A stretch of DNA of 64,000 bases from the human T2T-CHM13v2.0 reference genome, Homo sapiens (GCF_009914755.1 NC_060925.1), one strand, 5' to 3'; numbered from the stretch's first letter, positions 12,920 to 25,995 are shown. Numbers and translations are program-made. The notes: a model not told the origin generated them from the letters alone.

Positions 12920-13265
12920 CCCTTTCTAACTAACTAAGGATCCAGAAGTCATAAAATAAAAATAAATTTGGGTCCATAAAAATCCCTTCTGCATGGCACA
13001 ACATGTGCAAGTTAAAAGACAAATGGCAAAATGGGAAAATACTTGTAATTTATGACAAAAACTGCTCCTAAAAATAATAAAAGACACCAATATTCCTATT
13101 TTTAGAATAGATAAGAGAGATCACAGAAAAGGAAATTTAAATGACTGGTAAGCATATGAAAAAATACCACTCTTGAAATGTATCAGATTGCTCAAAATCC
13201 AGAAGTCTCACCCCACACTTTGATAATAGGATGTGGGGAAACAAGCCTTCTCATACATCACTGGC
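12920..13265 (+). mobile_element. Old L1 ORF2 fragment (L1ME-type)
   Basis: AAGTTAAAAGACAAATGGCAAAATGGGAAAAT, TAAGCATATGAAAAAAT, GGATGTGGGGAAACAAGCCTTCTCATACA. Confidence 0.7.
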
Positions 13266-13420
13266 AAGTTTAACCCTTTTGGATATCAGATTTCTCATCT
13301 ATAAAATAGAGCTAGTAACAGTGCCTACCTGCTTTATACAGTAATTGCAAGGACTAAAAGAAATAATGCATTTAAAGTGCCTAACAAACACACAACTAGT
13401 ACACATTTAATAAATGCTAC
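13265..13420 (+). mobile_element. MIR SINE
   Basis: TCAGATTTCTCATCTATAAAATAGAG...AGTGCCTACCT...AATGCATTTAAAGTGCCTAACA...TTAATAAATGCTA. Confidence 0.8.
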
Positions 13421-15759
13421 TTATTAACATATATTTGCTTGTGTCATTATGTTTTTCTTCAATGATAATGCTACAAAAGACAAGATTAAATGCTGCCTTC
13501 CTAACTAACTCTCCCATAAGATCTCTGAGGACAGAGACTATATTTCTGTGTCCCTTCCAGGGCCCTGCATAGAGCAGGACACAAAGAAGTGTGTGGTCAT
13601 GAAACACCTGATCTTTGAGGGACAGTATCCATTTGTATGTAAAATCTGTAATCTCGGGCTTGTGCTTAGTTTCTAATTAATTATACTGTGAATTGGCCCA
13701 GCCCCAGAGCAGGAGGGCATAGAAGGAACAGCTAGAATTCAGGCACCAGCAAGGGGAATGTCAGTATTCAAAGATGGTGCTCCATGATAAAGTGCAGCGT
13801 GCACCCCCATAGGCCAAGTGCTCTACGAGAGACAAGACACACCTCTCCAGGACTGTCACCAGTGCCCAGCTGTTAGTGTAAGAAAACAATGCCAGGGCAA
13901 GGAGAGGTGCCCTGGGCCAGAGCAGACATCACAATTCAATCTCCCTGGGTCAAGGGTGGGGAAAGCTTCTGGTGCCACCTGAGAACATGTGTCGAAGGCA
14001 GCAGCTCTTCCTGCCCCTACTGTGAAGTCTGAAGGAAGGGAGGGGGCTGAGGAGCAGTACAATGCTCTGCTGTCTCAATAGCAGGAGGGTCCTTGACTTC
14101 CTGGCCATTTCAGCGTTTAGGTTATCAACCTCATTTCTAATAACAATCGCCACGCCTAGAAGATTAGTAGGCCTATCACAGCCTTTCCTTCAATTCACTC
14201 CTATGTCAACTCCTTTGTTTCCTCTGATAACAAAGGCAGAGGAGTCCAAGGGTGATGCTAAAACCGGAAGGGACCTGGTCTAGTGCTCTGTCTTCAGGCC
14301 AGTGACTTTCTAAACTATCCCATGAAGACAGCCATTACTTCTGCCATTATTAGCAATACGAAAATTGACATTTGTTCCTACTTTGTGGTTGACAGAAAGC
14401 CAGCACACACATTATCTCATTTGGGATCACATATATGGGGCAAGTGTCCTTATTTTGTATAAATGAGATGACAGAGGCTGAGAGAGACAAGATCCATGGC
14501 TCTTCCAAACCCAAATGCTATTCTCCTTTTGAAGGTTTAGAGTTAAAAGTCCATATATACCTCAGTAGCCAAACCTGTATCTAATCATCTAACAGTAAAT
14601 TTATAAACCTACACATAATTTGGTCTTTTATTTAAACCCAGTTCCACTGGCTCACTCTTTCACACACATGGAGAGCAACTGGTCAATACCATTCCTCCCT
14701 ACACACACTTTGCAGAGCCAGGGACGGCAAATGATTCATCTAGAAACCTCATTGCTGGACTGCAAGCCCAAGCTCTCCTTCCCTTCTCTGGGGTTTGTGG
14801 GGTTGAAGGTTGGGAGGGTTGGGTGGAGGTAGGGGGTCCTTGGTCTGAATTTTCCAGGGCAGGAAATGGGGAGAGGAAGGTAGGGAGGTGGGGCGGCCCC
14901 TGCGCAGGAGACAAGAATTGATCTCACTTGCATTACCAACTTTGAAGAAAGAAAGACACATTTCATCCTCCCTCCCCTCTACCACTCCCTGCCAGGCTGA
15001 GGGTGGGGAAAAGAGCCGAGGGCACCCGCTGAGAAGTATCTGAAATAGGCAAGACCTGCCAGCTTCTCCAGAGGAGGCCAGTTTGCAGGCCTGCAGATTC
15101 TCATTCGTCCACTTGCTCAAGCCCCTGAGTTGCTGACAAAGCTGGCAGAGAAGAACTGCAGGCCTCACAAGTCTCTCCTCCCTGGGGGTTTAACATTCAC
15201 CTAGTGTAACACATGGAGGTCAGACAGAGAAAACTAACTTCCAGAGAGGTGTAATTTTAGGCTAACCAAACAGCATCCATCCAAGCAACAGTGATAGAGT
15301 CTTGGGGCTGGCTGTCCCAGGAGCTGGGGAGCAGAATTCTGGTCCCATTGAAGCCAGAGGGTCGACCCTGGCCCAGAGGTAGAACCCATTTGGCTTTAGT
15401 TTCCATAGCCAAAAAAGAAAAGAGGCTAAAACCACTCTAAATCTGACACCATTGCTTTGAAGATATGATAAAAGGAAAGTGCCCAGATGATGGATCTCAG
15501 GGCTTTCAACTCTGAGGTCTCCTGATCTCTCCTTGGTCTTCCCTCCTCCTATGGGATCAGCATTTCCCCCATGCTCTGTAGCTCTAAGTCAGGGTCTCCT
15601 CTTGTGATCAGCCATCTCTCCTTCCTTACCTCCCCCACTGCCTAGTTATGCTGTGTGTCTCCCCAGTATCTGGGCACCTCGATCCTAATCCCACTCTGCT
15701 TCTACACCAGGCCAGCCCTAAACAGTGTTCCTCTGACTATAATCATAATCAGCAGCAGC

Positions 15760-15945
15760 ACTGAATGCTAAGAGCCAGGTGATATTTGCATATTGTATTT
15801 TACTTTACCCTTGCAATGAGCCTAACGTAGGTGTTATCACTGGCCCCATTTGACAGATGAAGGGATTGAGACTTGGAGTAGTTAAGTGGAAGCAACAAGA
15901 CTCGAACCCAGAGAGTTAGGTTCCAGATCCTGTCCTTTTGCCAAT
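15760..15945 (-). mobile_element. MIR SINE
   Basis: GTAGGTGTTATCACTGGCCCCATTTGACAGATGAAGGGATTGAGACTT...GACTCGAACCCAG. Confidence 0.8.
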
Positions 15946-16365
15946 TAGTTCTAAACCTCGTCACTAGTTTAATTCATTCTGAAAATTTCCCCTCTTCCAC
16001 AAAGCCTTCTGTAGTAAACAGGAAGAGGAAGTTCCCCTTCCAGATTCACTCAGGCTTTGCCGCCATCAGCTCCATGAAATTTAGACACCAGCTCTTGCAG
16101 GGGTGGACCGTGCCTGGGTGGGGAGCATTCTACAGAGGGCTTGCTGTGCCCCTTCTGAGTCCCCAGTCATTGATATGTGCAGGGGATGCAAATAACCTTT
16201 AATATTTGCAGGAGCAAAATGCAGCGTGGAAAGTAAAATCTAACACAAAATAAGCAAAGCATTTGAAAGTCAAATAAAACTGACCTTTGCTTTAGCCACT
16301 ATTTGGGATTATGTGAGCCATGGCTGGTGACTCAGAACCTGTTTGATGGATACCTAATGATTTAA

Positions 16366-16700
16366 TTAGAACCACAAACTGTCAGGGCTGGAAAGGACTG
16401 CACAAATCACTTTGTTTAACTCCTCTGTGTTACCGATGAGGAAACTGAGGCCCAGAGAAGGGTAATGATATCTTTGAGGCCTCTTGGCCAGGAAATACTG
16501 GGAGCCAATTCTTCTGAGTCTCAGACCATGCATTACTAAGTAAATAGAAGGCAATAAAAACACTTACTAGCAATTCGTGCTAAGAATAGTGGCTAATTCT
16601 CATCACATCACCCCAGGTGGATGCTGTTATTTTCATTTTGCAGATGAGAAAACTAAGGCTCAAGGATATATCAGCAAGTAAGTGAAAGAACTCCAGTGTT
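16366..16700 (-). mobile_element. Two adjacent MIR fragments
   Basis: GATGAGGAAACTGAGGCCCAGAGAAGGGTAA at ~16436 and CATTTTGCAGATGAGAAAACTAAGGCTCA at ~16634. Confidence 0.8.
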
Positions 16701-16884
16701 GGGAAGGGCCCTGATGGGCATTTCCTGCTTTCTCTCTATCATCTCACATTTGCCAGACATGTACTGAACCCAAGTTCTATCAGGCATCACACCGAAGGCT
16801 GGGTGCAGAAGAGAAGAGAAAGCATAGTCCCTACTGTGTGGGAATTCACAGTCCAGGAAGTAAGCAGATATTTGTATGTGAGGG

Positions 16885-16923
16885 GTATGTGTGTGTGTGT
16901 GCGCGCGCACGTGTATGTGTGTA
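16885..16923. repeat. (TG)n(CG)n alternating purine-pyrimidine tract
   Basis: GTATGTGTGTGTGTGTGCGCGCGCACGTGTATGTGTGTA. Confidence 0.9.
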
Positions 16924-17923
16924 GGGATTGGCATAAGAATGCACTGAGGTCAGGTTTTCATATATATTGTTCCTTGACCAATATCTGAGAGGAGTCTGGT
17001 AGGCGTGAGCAAGTGCATCCATGTCCAGGATGGGTGGGAGCAGGTGCCAGGTAATTGGTGGATGCACGGGACCCCCTACCCTGGGAATGCACCCTACCCA
17101 ACCCCAGCTCTGCAATGAGGTCCCTGTCCCCATCTCCCCCAGCACTGAGAAGCACCAGGCCTTTCCCTGTCAAGCACACAGACAGTCTGCCTGTAATAAG
17201 GCAGGCGGGCATTTACCCTGGCTTGACCCAGAGTCTCCTCCCAGATAGAGCTATTTACATCAAGAACTGTTCAAGGACAGGGACAGCACAAGCAATTACT
17301 GGTAGTAAAAACCCAAGCCATGCTCTGCTGTGCTCCCCCCACGCTGTTTTTTATATGGTCAATAAAGTGGCTGCCTGATTCGTGCTCTTGGCAGGCAGAG
17401 CTTAGGTGTAAGTAAGTGTTCAGCCAGGAAGCCGGCTGGCCACACAGAGGGAAAACGAAACATCTTCACCACGTTGCTGGTTTAATGCTCCAGCCCAGTG
17501 GCAGGCTGTGGGCTCCAGATGTGGCCTGTCTGCAGGAGCATTTTCTAAAAAGTCCCTCAGCACTAACAAAGATGAAACTCCTACAGCCAGGCCATTCCCT
17601 CCTCTTAGGAACCTATAAAAGGGCCATCAATGTGTCTTGTTCTGGGGACAGAACACATAAAAGGAGGCCTCCCTGCCCTTCCTCCCTCCCAATTCATCTG
17701 AGATTGAATCTATTCAGGCAGACATAATTTTCACAGAACGGCAAATGAGGTCTTCTTTTTTGTCTACCACTCACTCTTAAGTGTGCTTTAGCTATGATAC
17801 TGGTGTATTCAGGCACATGGCAAGGCTGGACACAATAATGCAAACACAGGTATAATAGCATGTCATGCAGATACTAAACACAGCTCATCACATGGAGCAT
17901 GTTGTGTGTTTGCAACAGCCCTT

Positions 17924-17983
17924 CACTGTCTCATTCTCCAAGCAAAGAAGGAATCCACTGTCTTATTCTCCAGGCAAAGAAGG
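17924..17983. repeat. Tandem duplication, 32-bp period
   Basis: CACTGTCTCATTCTCCAAGCAAAGAAGG and CACTGTCTTATTCTCCAGGCAAAGAAGG; 2 mismatches in 28. Confidence 0.93.
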
Positions 17984-18755
17984 GGTGTCCCCCATTCACC
18001 CTTTCTGGAGCCCATTTATGCTGCTTTTACTCTGGATGGCTCTTCCCTTCCCCCACTCCCATTGTTGGTTCAAAGACTTTCTCTATTGCAAAGGACTGAG
18101 GAATTCCACTTCTTCCATTGAAGTGGAATCAATCTTCAATGATTCCACTTCCTTGATTCCATCAAGCCTTCCTTGATCCTCCCAGCCAGAAGTGTACAAC
18201 CGTTTTCTGAACATAGCATGATCTCTATTCCCCTCTAATAATTAAGAACAGGCTTCTGCTTGAAATTCATCTTTGATGTAAATATACTTTTTAATGAAAC
18301 AGTAAACATTAGATCTTATATTTACATAGAGTCCGTAAACAGATTTTATAGTCATAGTCTCCATAAATTGACCCTATATAAACTTGCTGATCACTCGAAT
18401 TATATTCAGTTCCTTTACTCTTGCAGGGTTACTGGACTGACCCACCAAAGGGTAAGGATTACCTTAATCATTCTTATATCCACTCAGCCATTCAGGCACA
18501 AGTACTGAGCCTGCAGTCGGAAATAACTAGTAATTTTAACTGGATTGGGTTAGTTTCTGGGAGGATTTCCTGCTAGGACAGTAAGTGTCCAACGGGTCTT
18601 GTTGTAACATTCAGATTCCCAATTCCAAAATGGAAAGTCTCTGTTGGGTTACTTTAACAGACCCTAACTCCTCCAACCAGCACAATTCCATTTCCCTGGG
18701 AAGGGCATAGGGCAGGGAGGACAAGGGTGGAGGAGGCATTTGGATTTGAGGCTCA

Positions 18756-19380
<625 letters not shown>

Positions 19381-19507
19381 GACTTAAGACAGACAATGGT
19401 GACATCATGAAGCTAAGTTAAGAGTCAGACCCATAATTCTATTAGTTTAAAAACCATATGTAGATACAGGGAAGTAGAAATGGGTGGGTGGATTGACAGA
19501 TAGACGG

Positions 19508-19558
19508 AAAGAAAGAGAGATATACAAAGAGAGAAAAAGAAAGAGAAAGAAAGAAAGA

Positions 19559-19601
<43 letters not shown>
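19508..19601. repeat. (GA)n/(GAAA)n purine microsatellite
   Basis: Read directly. Confidence 0.9.
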
Positions 19602-19603
<2 letters not shown>

Positions 19604-19798
19604 TGATAGCTCTGACTGCTGTGTAGGCACTGTGCCTGGGTCTTCCCAAGCCCAGGAGCTCTCCCATACAGTGCTGGGGAGATACTATTCGTCTGTACCG
19701 TTGAGTCTTGGGAAAAACATCCCACAAGCAGACAATGTGATGTACATTGCACAATCACTATGCTAATTAGTCCTTGTGAGCAACCTGTGATATAGATA

Positions 19799-20458
19799 CA
19801 GTCATGTGTTGCTTAACAACAGGAATACATTCTGATAAATGTGTCACAAGGCAATTTTGTCATTGTGTGAACATCTTAGAGTATACTTAAACCAAGATGG
19901 GATGGCCCACTATACTTCTAGGTTATATGGTATATCCTGTTGCTCCTAGGCTACAAACCTGTACAGCATGTTACTGTATTGAATACTATAGATAATTGTG
20001 TTTGTCTATCTAAACATATTTAAACATAGAAAAGGTAGAGTAAAAACACAATATAAAAGATAAAAAAAATACCACACCTGTATAGGGCACTTAGCAAGAA
20101 TGGAACTTGCAGGACTGGAAGTTGCTCTGGGTAAGTCAGTGGTAAGTGAATGTGAAGGCCTAGGACATTCCTGTACACTACTATAGACTATAAACAGTAT
20201 ATGTAGATACATACAGGGAAGTAGAAATGGGTGGGTGGATTGATAGACGGAAAGAGAGAGAGAAAGAGAGAGATATACGAAGAGATGTGCATTTAGGCTA
20301 CACTAAAGTTTTATATATACATATATAAAAATATAAATAAAATTAAGTGTGCTACAATGTAACAATGGCTATGATATCACTAAGTGACAGAAATTTTTCA
20401 GCTCCATTATAATCTTATGGAACCACTACCATTGATGGCATTAGGCAGTGCCTGACTA
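19799..20458 (+). mobile_element. Tigger3b/GOLEM-type (TcMar-Tigger) non-autonomous element, inserted into a MIR
   Basis: TA|CAGTCATGTGTTGCTTAAC TIR; TTGCTCCTAGGCTACAAACCTGTACAGCATGTTACTGTA, GCAGGACTGGAAGTTGCTCTGGG, TTTTTCAGCTCCATTATAATCTTATGG. MIR halves flank it at ~19745-19798 and ~20459-20600. Confidence 0.9.
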
Positions 20459-21339
20459 TCTTCTTATCCCTATTTTACAGAATGAAGAGGTGAAGCTCAG
20501 AGAAGCCTAATGCCACATGGCTGGTAAGCGGTGTGGCAGGCATGGGAGTCATACTTGGGTCTGCTTGCCCTCAAACGCTGGCTCCTTTTACCACACCCGC
20601 TGCTCTGCACACCCGACTCTGTGCTCAAATAGTGAATTCAACAGTCGCAACCTTGTGACCCACACCAATTTTGAAGGTGACATGTTATGTCTTCACTCCA
20701 TCTAATCCAGGCCAGCCCACTGCACTCTACAGCAAACAGAGGACAATTAAGGGTCATCACAAGGCCCATGCCCTTTGCCCCATAATCCCCACCAGCTTCC
20801 CTTCAAAATGCTGACTCTCAGAGCCAGCCTCATGCTGTTCACCTGGCCGCTTCTGGATTCTGCTCTTCCACAGAGGTCTGGTTCAGTCCACTGTGAACTG
20901 GCTCTCTGGCTCCCAAATCTCCCTTTATTTTGGCTGCTACAGATCTTGGCCCATGAAATTCACCCTTAGTCTATTGCTAGCCAAGCCAGCCTCTCCCTAG
21001 ACAGCCCCAGACCATGGGGGAAGGAGAGGAAGCCAGATACTATTGCTAATATAAATGCCATCATACCTGGCCTGCCAGAAATCTTGTGGGAAATCACACC
21101 GGGGACCACCACCTGGGCCTCTGCTAAGATGTGTGTAAATCTTAAAGTCCTGGGGAGTTCAGGGGCTGTTACTCTCTTCAGGGGCCCAAGCCAGGTTCTC
21201 CTTCATCTCTCTAAATTGTACTCCCATTCCCAGGCATTGGGCCATCAGGGGAAGGTTAGCCTTAGCCCGGGGCCTATGGAATCTGGCTCATTTCTCACTA
21301 GGACCTTCTCATGCTCCTCAGAGATGCCAGCCTCTCTAG

Positions 21340-21680
21340 AGCCTCTGAGGTGTCTTACATGCTGTTCCTTTGACCTGAGTTGCCTTTCCTCCTCCTCTTT
21401 GCCTAGCCAGCTCTTACTTCCTTCAGGTCCTCACTCAAATGTCACCTCTCTGGGACTTACCCTTCACCTTGGTTTGGGTGTCCCTCTCTTCTACCCCTTT
21501 ATCATGCAATGATACAAGAGTATCCCTGATAACACCCCTCAAGCGCTATGGTCATCAACTTTCTGAAGCCCTTGGCAGCTTAACAGTCCACTGTGGGCAG
21601 GGACTTTGCCTGCCTTGCTCACACTCTATCCCTGGGGCCTGCACACAGTAGGGGCAGGATAAACAACTGCTGAAGGAGTA
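21340..21680 (+). mobile_element. L2 3' region
   Basis: CCTTCAGGTCCTCACTCAAATGTCACCTCTCTG...GGGCAGGGACTTTGCCTGCCTTGCTCAC...GCCTGCACACAGTAGG. Confidence 0.75.
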
Positions 21681-22954
21681 TATGATGAAGGCCACAGTGG
21701 GGAACTTGTGGCTCTCAGAGGCTGGTTAGTTTCTCTGGAGGAAGCCCCTGGACCCCAGGCTTAGACAGTTTCCCTCACCTAGGTGGCCACAGTCCCACAT
21801 ATGTTATTGTCCACAACGGCAGAAGGACAGCTGCTCAGGGCCACATCGGCCACCAGGTGGAATCACAACCCACAGGGCCCATTCCTGACAGCGAGCCAGG
21901 AGTGTACTCTCTGAGTACAACGCTCAGCCATTAACACCATGAAGTCTAGCAAAGAACATAGATGAGATGAAGTGGCCAGAAAAAAAGCCCTATATTCAAA
22001 ATAGTAATCGTACATCTCCAGAATCCATAAAAGGAACATGGTAATGCTGCACCAACCATGAGTGGTGATATTTGCCTTTCCTTAAAACAACTCAAATAAA
22101 AATAATACTTCTATGAACTAAACATAAAACAAGGCAAGGGTCATTGAGCCCATGTGTGAAGTTTTCACATCAAATCAACACCTCCTTGGGGGCTGTTTTC
22201 TGACACTTCCTGGTACTTGAAATAAAAACTCTGCCTGCTTCAGGGCTGGCAGGGAGAGTGGGAATAGAGCCCAGGACACTGCTTAGAGGCTCACAGCAGA
22301 ACGAAGAGGCTGGGAGAAAGAAAAATGCCTTCAGGCTGTTTCCTAAAAGTCTTCCTGGCCCAGAGTCTGTTCTTTCCAGCATGAAAAGCAAAACTTCTGA
22401 TGCTAGAGTGACTTTCCTTTAATTTTTCCTTCTGCTGGTATGACTGTCCATTCCTCCAAAAACAATGCTGTAGAAAGCAGAAAGTGATGGCAGAACTTGC
22501 TGCTGGTGTCACAGGTGGTTTGGCTCATACCTATTCAAGAGTTTCACCTTTGCTTGCCTGAAACATTCACTCCTAATGCCTGTGGCCCTTGCATTCCTGT
22601 TATAAGTAAGTTCATTGAAAGGGTTCTGAGAGCTGCATACCCACATTAACAGGAATCTGTACCTGCCTACAAGTCTTGGAATTTTAGTCTATCAGCTCCA
22701 GGTCCAGTGCCAAGGCCTTGAAGAAGTTACGAACAGTTGCCTTTCCCCACCCCTAGTCCCCCAACCCCAGCAGCACAGCCACTTGCCTTCCCTTGGCCTG
22801 GCTCCCCTGACACAATGCAGATGACTCGTGCACATCCTCCTCACTCTACCTTCTCCATCAGGAGGGGTGCTATTGTGCAGGCAATATTCCTTTAACTGGG
22901 GTTTGCTCCTGTGTTTGTCAATTTATTTTATTCACCTTTAAAAAGTTTTTCTTC

Positions 22955-23155
22955 TCTACCTTGGTTTCAAAAACAACAACATATTCAAAGAAAGATGCTC
23001 GCTTAGATGCATAAACACAAGATAAATCATAACATAATAAGGACAGAAGGAAAATAAAGGTAAGAAATGAGATATAGCCAAGTACCGACCATGAGATTGA
23101 CAGATGCCACCAATTTAGCTCTGAGTCTGGTAAAGGCCAAAGGAAAGATGGCAAT
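22955..23155. mobile_element. Possible ancient Mam_R4 (Dong-R4 LINE) fragment
   Basis: CCAATTTAGCTCTGAG...GGCCAAAGGAAA preceded by GAAATGAGATATAGC resembles my recollection of the Mam_R4 consensus; not verified. Confidence 0.35.
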
Positions 23156-24279
23156 ATCAGCAGACACAGATTGGGAGTACCTAGCCCTTAATTCCCAAAG
23201 AGACCAAGTGTCCAAATCATGCTTTCAGCACTGAAGATGCAGTTCTGCTCTGACTTTGGGGAATGTGGTCTGTTCTCTCCTTTCTTCCATCAATATTAAA
23301 TGAGCATCTTCTAATTGCCAGGACTGTGGTAGGCTCTGGGGATAAAACAGACATCAAGATGTGATCTCTTTCCTTGCTCTCCATAAAGAAATAGATCGTC
23401 TTCCTAATTGTTCTTGGCTTTGGGTGGTGAGTTTTTGTATAGAGGTGTCAGGGGTTAGGGAAGGGATGGGGGGAAGAACGTCCCATCCGTCTGCGATTTT
23501 TTCTTCCCTCAACCTGCAATTCATGATCCTTCATTTTCAGCCCCAATAAGTCCTTACACTTCACAGCCCAATTCAAATGCCACCTCCTCCTGGAAGCCGT
23601 TCCATATATTTCCAGGCTGAATTATGTCTGCTCATGTTGTATTAAAGACAATATATTTTCATGGAGTGGGAAATTCAGAGGTCAACTACACAAAAGTTAA
23701 TTTCATTGCAGACTGAGGCATCTCTGAGTGGAGCTAACAGGAATTCAGCACCAATAAATCAGACCTGTGTCCTGGGAGCCTAGGGTTCACATATTATCCT
23801 GTCACTCCGGTGGGAGGCTTCTCACGATTGTCCTAAACCAAAGGGTATGAATATCGACATTTTTTTCTAACCTACGGGGCTAATATGCTGCCTGCCCTGC
23901 TCCCACTGTGAGACACATGTGAAGAAGAGAAGAGGTCTTCTCCTATCTAGAGAGTATGGAGAGAGGCAACTGGGGTCACAGAAAGAGCTCTGGGCTGTAG
24001 ACTTGCATGTGGACTCCAATCAACTTCTCTGTTTAATAGCTAATGGCTGTGTGTGCCTAGAGCAGATTACCAAACCCCTCCAAACTTTGGTTTCTAAAAC
24101 AGCTGTCAGTAAGGGGAGTAAAGTAAAGTATAGTTCACAGAATTTTCCAAAACATCAATGTTTCGAGGTAGACAAAAGGGTTTATAATGATACTTGGTTT
24201 GGGATAGGTGCTCATGAAACATTTTCTTTCTTCCTGTTTTGTTTTTTGCCTTTACCTGGGGTTGGGGCCTCTGCTGCTT

Positions 24280-24570
24280 ATTCATCACGCAACTTTAGGC
24301 AAGTTGTTAACCTAAAATTCAGTGTCCCTGTCAATGGATGGGTTGTGGAGGACTGAACACAACGGTACGTGCAATGAGCTTGTGACATCCACACAAGGGG
24401 TCAGAATATACATGTGCAGCATAATCATAAATTACGGTCTGAATTCATCCATTCACTCATTCTTCCAAACAAACAGGTAACCCATGGCGCTTGTGTGCCA
24501 GGCATTGTGCTATTGCTGGAGACGTAAAGAGGATCATGATACCATCCCTGCCTTCAAAGGAAGGCAGTCT
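24280..24570. mobile_element. MIR (+) followed by an L2 tail (-)
   Basis: ACTTTAGGCAAGTTGTTAACCT...GTTGTGGAGGACTGAAC, then ATTCATCCATTCACTCATT...TGTGTGCCAGGCATTGTGCTA...ATCCCTGCCTTCAA. Confidence 0.7.
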
Positions 24571-25223
24571 ATATCATTTTTGCCTTTATCTTTTGTGCAC
24601 TCCACACTCTGCATGTACTTTGTCTCTCTAGGGGCATCTTCTCTGGAGGACACAACCAAGAAAGAAAGAAATGAATCTTGTTGACTTGATTTATGCAGTG
24701 CCTCTGTGTGGCTGATGTATAACCTCATTTTCCCCCAGCCATTGCTCTGATGGTGCTCTGGATGTTTAGAGATGTACACTATCTCCTCCCAAAGGGACCA
24801 ATCCATGGTGATGTCTGACCGGCACAGACTACCCATCAGAGACCTGTGTTGGTCCTAGTGGGTGCAGAGGGCATGCAGCCAGGCCTGCAGAGAAAGCTTC
24901 AGATCAAGTCCACAGGAAGACTCTGCCTCAATAGGGGGCCTGACAGCAGCAAAGACTCATGACAGCTCAAAGTTCTGGGAATAGAAACCCCCAGCTATCT
25001 TCCATCAGGGGCAGAGATAGGCTTCCACCCACTCTGACAGGCTGCAGGGCTAGTTCTGGAAGAACCAATGTGCTGCCTACACCAGATGACTCACACTCAG
25101 GCACTTGAGTGAGCCTCCTGTCACTCCCTGCAAGAGGGTAGGGAGGGACAAGGAGCCCAGTTCTCTTTGCCTTGAGCCTTAGGCTCAATAGTCAGACTTA
25201 AATAACACACAATATAAATCTTA

Positions 25224-25385
<162 letters not shown>

Positions 25386-25491
25386 TTAGTTTGGCTTGGT
25401 TCAACTTTGCATTACTAATCTTTCATAAAAACATCCCCAGAAGTTTGCATCATAATCATTAGGTCATAATTTTCCCATCAAGAGCTAATTG

Positions 25492-25618
25492 TTATAAATA
25501 ATCATGAGTTGCTATGATTTTTCAGGGCTAAGAAAGTGGGGCTAGAGGTTCTAGCCCAATTTTAGCAACAATAATCATCAAAACAAACCCACGTGTGACC
25601 TTCTGTGGGGCCTGGAAG
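25492..25618 (+). repeat. Donor copy of a 127-bp local direct duplication
   Basis: Ungapped match to 26671-26797 with 8 mismatches by my count. Confidence 0.96.
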
Positions 25619-25995
25619 GGAAACGCTCTCTGAGTTATGTAGCTCAACCAACAACCTCTGGGAGTGACTGGGATAGGAGGCAACCTCGGTGGAAGGTTTC
25701 CTGCCTCAGTAAGGGCTCTGAGATCAGGGCAACAGGGCCATTCTCAGACAAAAGAACGAAGACTTCAGGAGAAGCTCCAGGGGACATGCCACCCTGGCCT
25801 TAGGGATACAAAGGAAAGTAGATCCTGGGACAATGGAAACAGTCCCTCAGAGAAGGCAGCTAGGAAATTTATGTATCACATTCCCTTCTAAACAAACACT
25901 GCCCTGCTCTTGCCCCCTCCCCCCGCCATTTCTACTCAGTTATATTCCATTTCCAATACTTGGGTAGATCTTGCTTTAAGAAAGCATGTTGCACA

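Noticed and set aside
21847-21864. CTCF-like GGCCACCAGGTGGAAT (similar partial matches near 45250 and 56000)
   Set aside because: The 3' GGCRS part of the core motif is mismatched, so these are too weak without ChIP data.
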